Shown here: positions 63,204 through 64,000 of the stretch, one piece after another
Numbering within the stretch: the stretch's first letter is position 1
Layout of the letters: every line of letters begins with the position of its first letter
DNA from: an uncultured delta proteobacterium
GTDB lineage: Bacteria > Myxococcota_A > Polyangia > Palsa-1104
Assembly (NCBI GenBank): GCA_963785725.1
Contig: CAWAWS010000007.1
Coordinates: 160,001 to 224,000, forward strand
DNA length: 64,000 nucleotides
Direction: 5' to 3'
Notes under the pieces: generated by a model
Databases searched by the model: none
Told to the model about the DNA's origin: nothing
What the model saw: only the letters and a program-made list of their open reading frames with translations
Position numbers and translations under genes: made by a program

Positions 63204-64000
63204 CTAAAACTGCGCGGTTTGCTTGATCGCCAGCGCCACGCGATCCGGCGACGGCAAGTATTCGTTCTCGAGCGTATACGGAAACGGCGTGTCGAAGCCG
63301 GCGACGCGCGCGATCGGCGCCTCCAGCGACATCAGCGCCTTCTCGGCGATCAGCGCCGCCAGCTCGGCACCGTAGCCGCACGTCTTCGGCGCTTCGTGCG
63401 CGATGACGACGCGTCCGGTCTTGCGCACCGACGTCAAGATCGTCTCGGTATCGAGCGGCAAGAGCGTCCGCAAATCGATGATCTCGGGATCGAAGCCGTC
63501 TTTTTCCGCGAGCTGCGCCGCTTCCAAGCAGGTGTGCACCATCGCGCCGTAGCACAAAAGCGTCACTTGCGCGCCCGGCCGCACGACTTTCGCCTTGCCC
63601 AGCTCGACGACATATTCACCGTCGGGAACTTCACCTTTGGCCGCGCGATAGACCCGCTTCGGCTCCATGAAGATCACCGGATCTTCGCCGCGCATCGCCG
63701 CCGTCAATAAGCCCTTGGCGTCGTAAGGATTCGACGGCACGACGACCTTCAGCCCCGGCGTGTGCACGAAATAGGCTTCGGGCGACTGCGAGTGATAATG
63801 GCCGCCGCGAATGCCGCCGCCGTACGGCGTGCGAATGACGACCGGGCACGGATACTGACCGCCCGAGCGATAACGAAATTTCGCCAGCTCGTTCACGATC
63901 TGGTCGTACGCGGGATAGATGAAGTCGGCGAACTGGATCTCGGGCACCGGCCGCAAACCGTAGAGCGCCATGCCGATGGCCGAGCCGATGATGCCCGCTT
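63204..64000 (-). CDS. 2-oxoacid dehydrogenase E1 beta subunit (5' truncated by window)
   Basis: EIQFADF, YHSQSPE, DAKGLL, DLRTLLPLD, HEA. Confidence 0.94.
   Translation of the reverse strand, partial: AGIIGSAIGMALYGLRPVPEIQFADFIYPAYDQIVNELAKFRYRSGGQYPCPVVIRTPYGGGIRGGHYHSQSPEAYFVHTPGLKVVVPSNPYDAKGLLTAAMRGEDPVIFMEPKRVYRAAKGEVPDGEYVVELGKAKVVRPGAQVTLLCYGAMVHTCLEAAQLAEKDGFDPEIIDLRTLLPLDTETILTSVRKTGRVVIAHEAPKTCGYGAELAALIAEKALMSLEAPIARVAGFDTPFPYTLENEYLPSPDRVALAIKQTAQF

Overview
High-GC bacterial chromosomal window, inferred to be Myxococcota (Cys-rich lipoproteins, a MYXO-CTERM-like tail, a RomY-like protein). 1-14.6 kb is a canonical dcw cluster (ftsI-murE-murF-mraY-murD-ftsW-murG-murC-murB-ddl-ftsQ-ftsA). 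ftsZ lies about 12 kb downstream, beyond a block of eight envelope genes: two TPR+lipoprotein pairs, an S53 protease with a partner lipoprotein, an HTTM-like membrane protein and a Cys-repeat surface protein. The rest is mostly housekeeping (aroE, xseA, leuB-like, cysS, grxC, murI, murA, hisG, lipB, lpdA, 2-oxoacid dehydrogenase E1/E2), plus c-di-GMP-related proteins, an orphan FlhA/SctV, a divergent ClpX and an NTT-like transporter. Main highlights: (1) a 73-aa bacterial histone with a Lys/Ser/Thr-rich N-terminal tail; (2) a two-gene module present three times, made of a membrane-anchored TPR protein translationally coupled to a mosaic lipoprotein whose C-terminal part can have atypical codon usage; (3) repeated leaderless-type promoters; (4) an anti-SD hairpin at ftsZ. 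Frameshifts in ftsW, murC and ftsZ are all +1 insertions and are probably sequencing errors. No rRNA, tRNA, CRISPR or mobile element was recognised. All calls are from motif recognition by eye; no database search was run.
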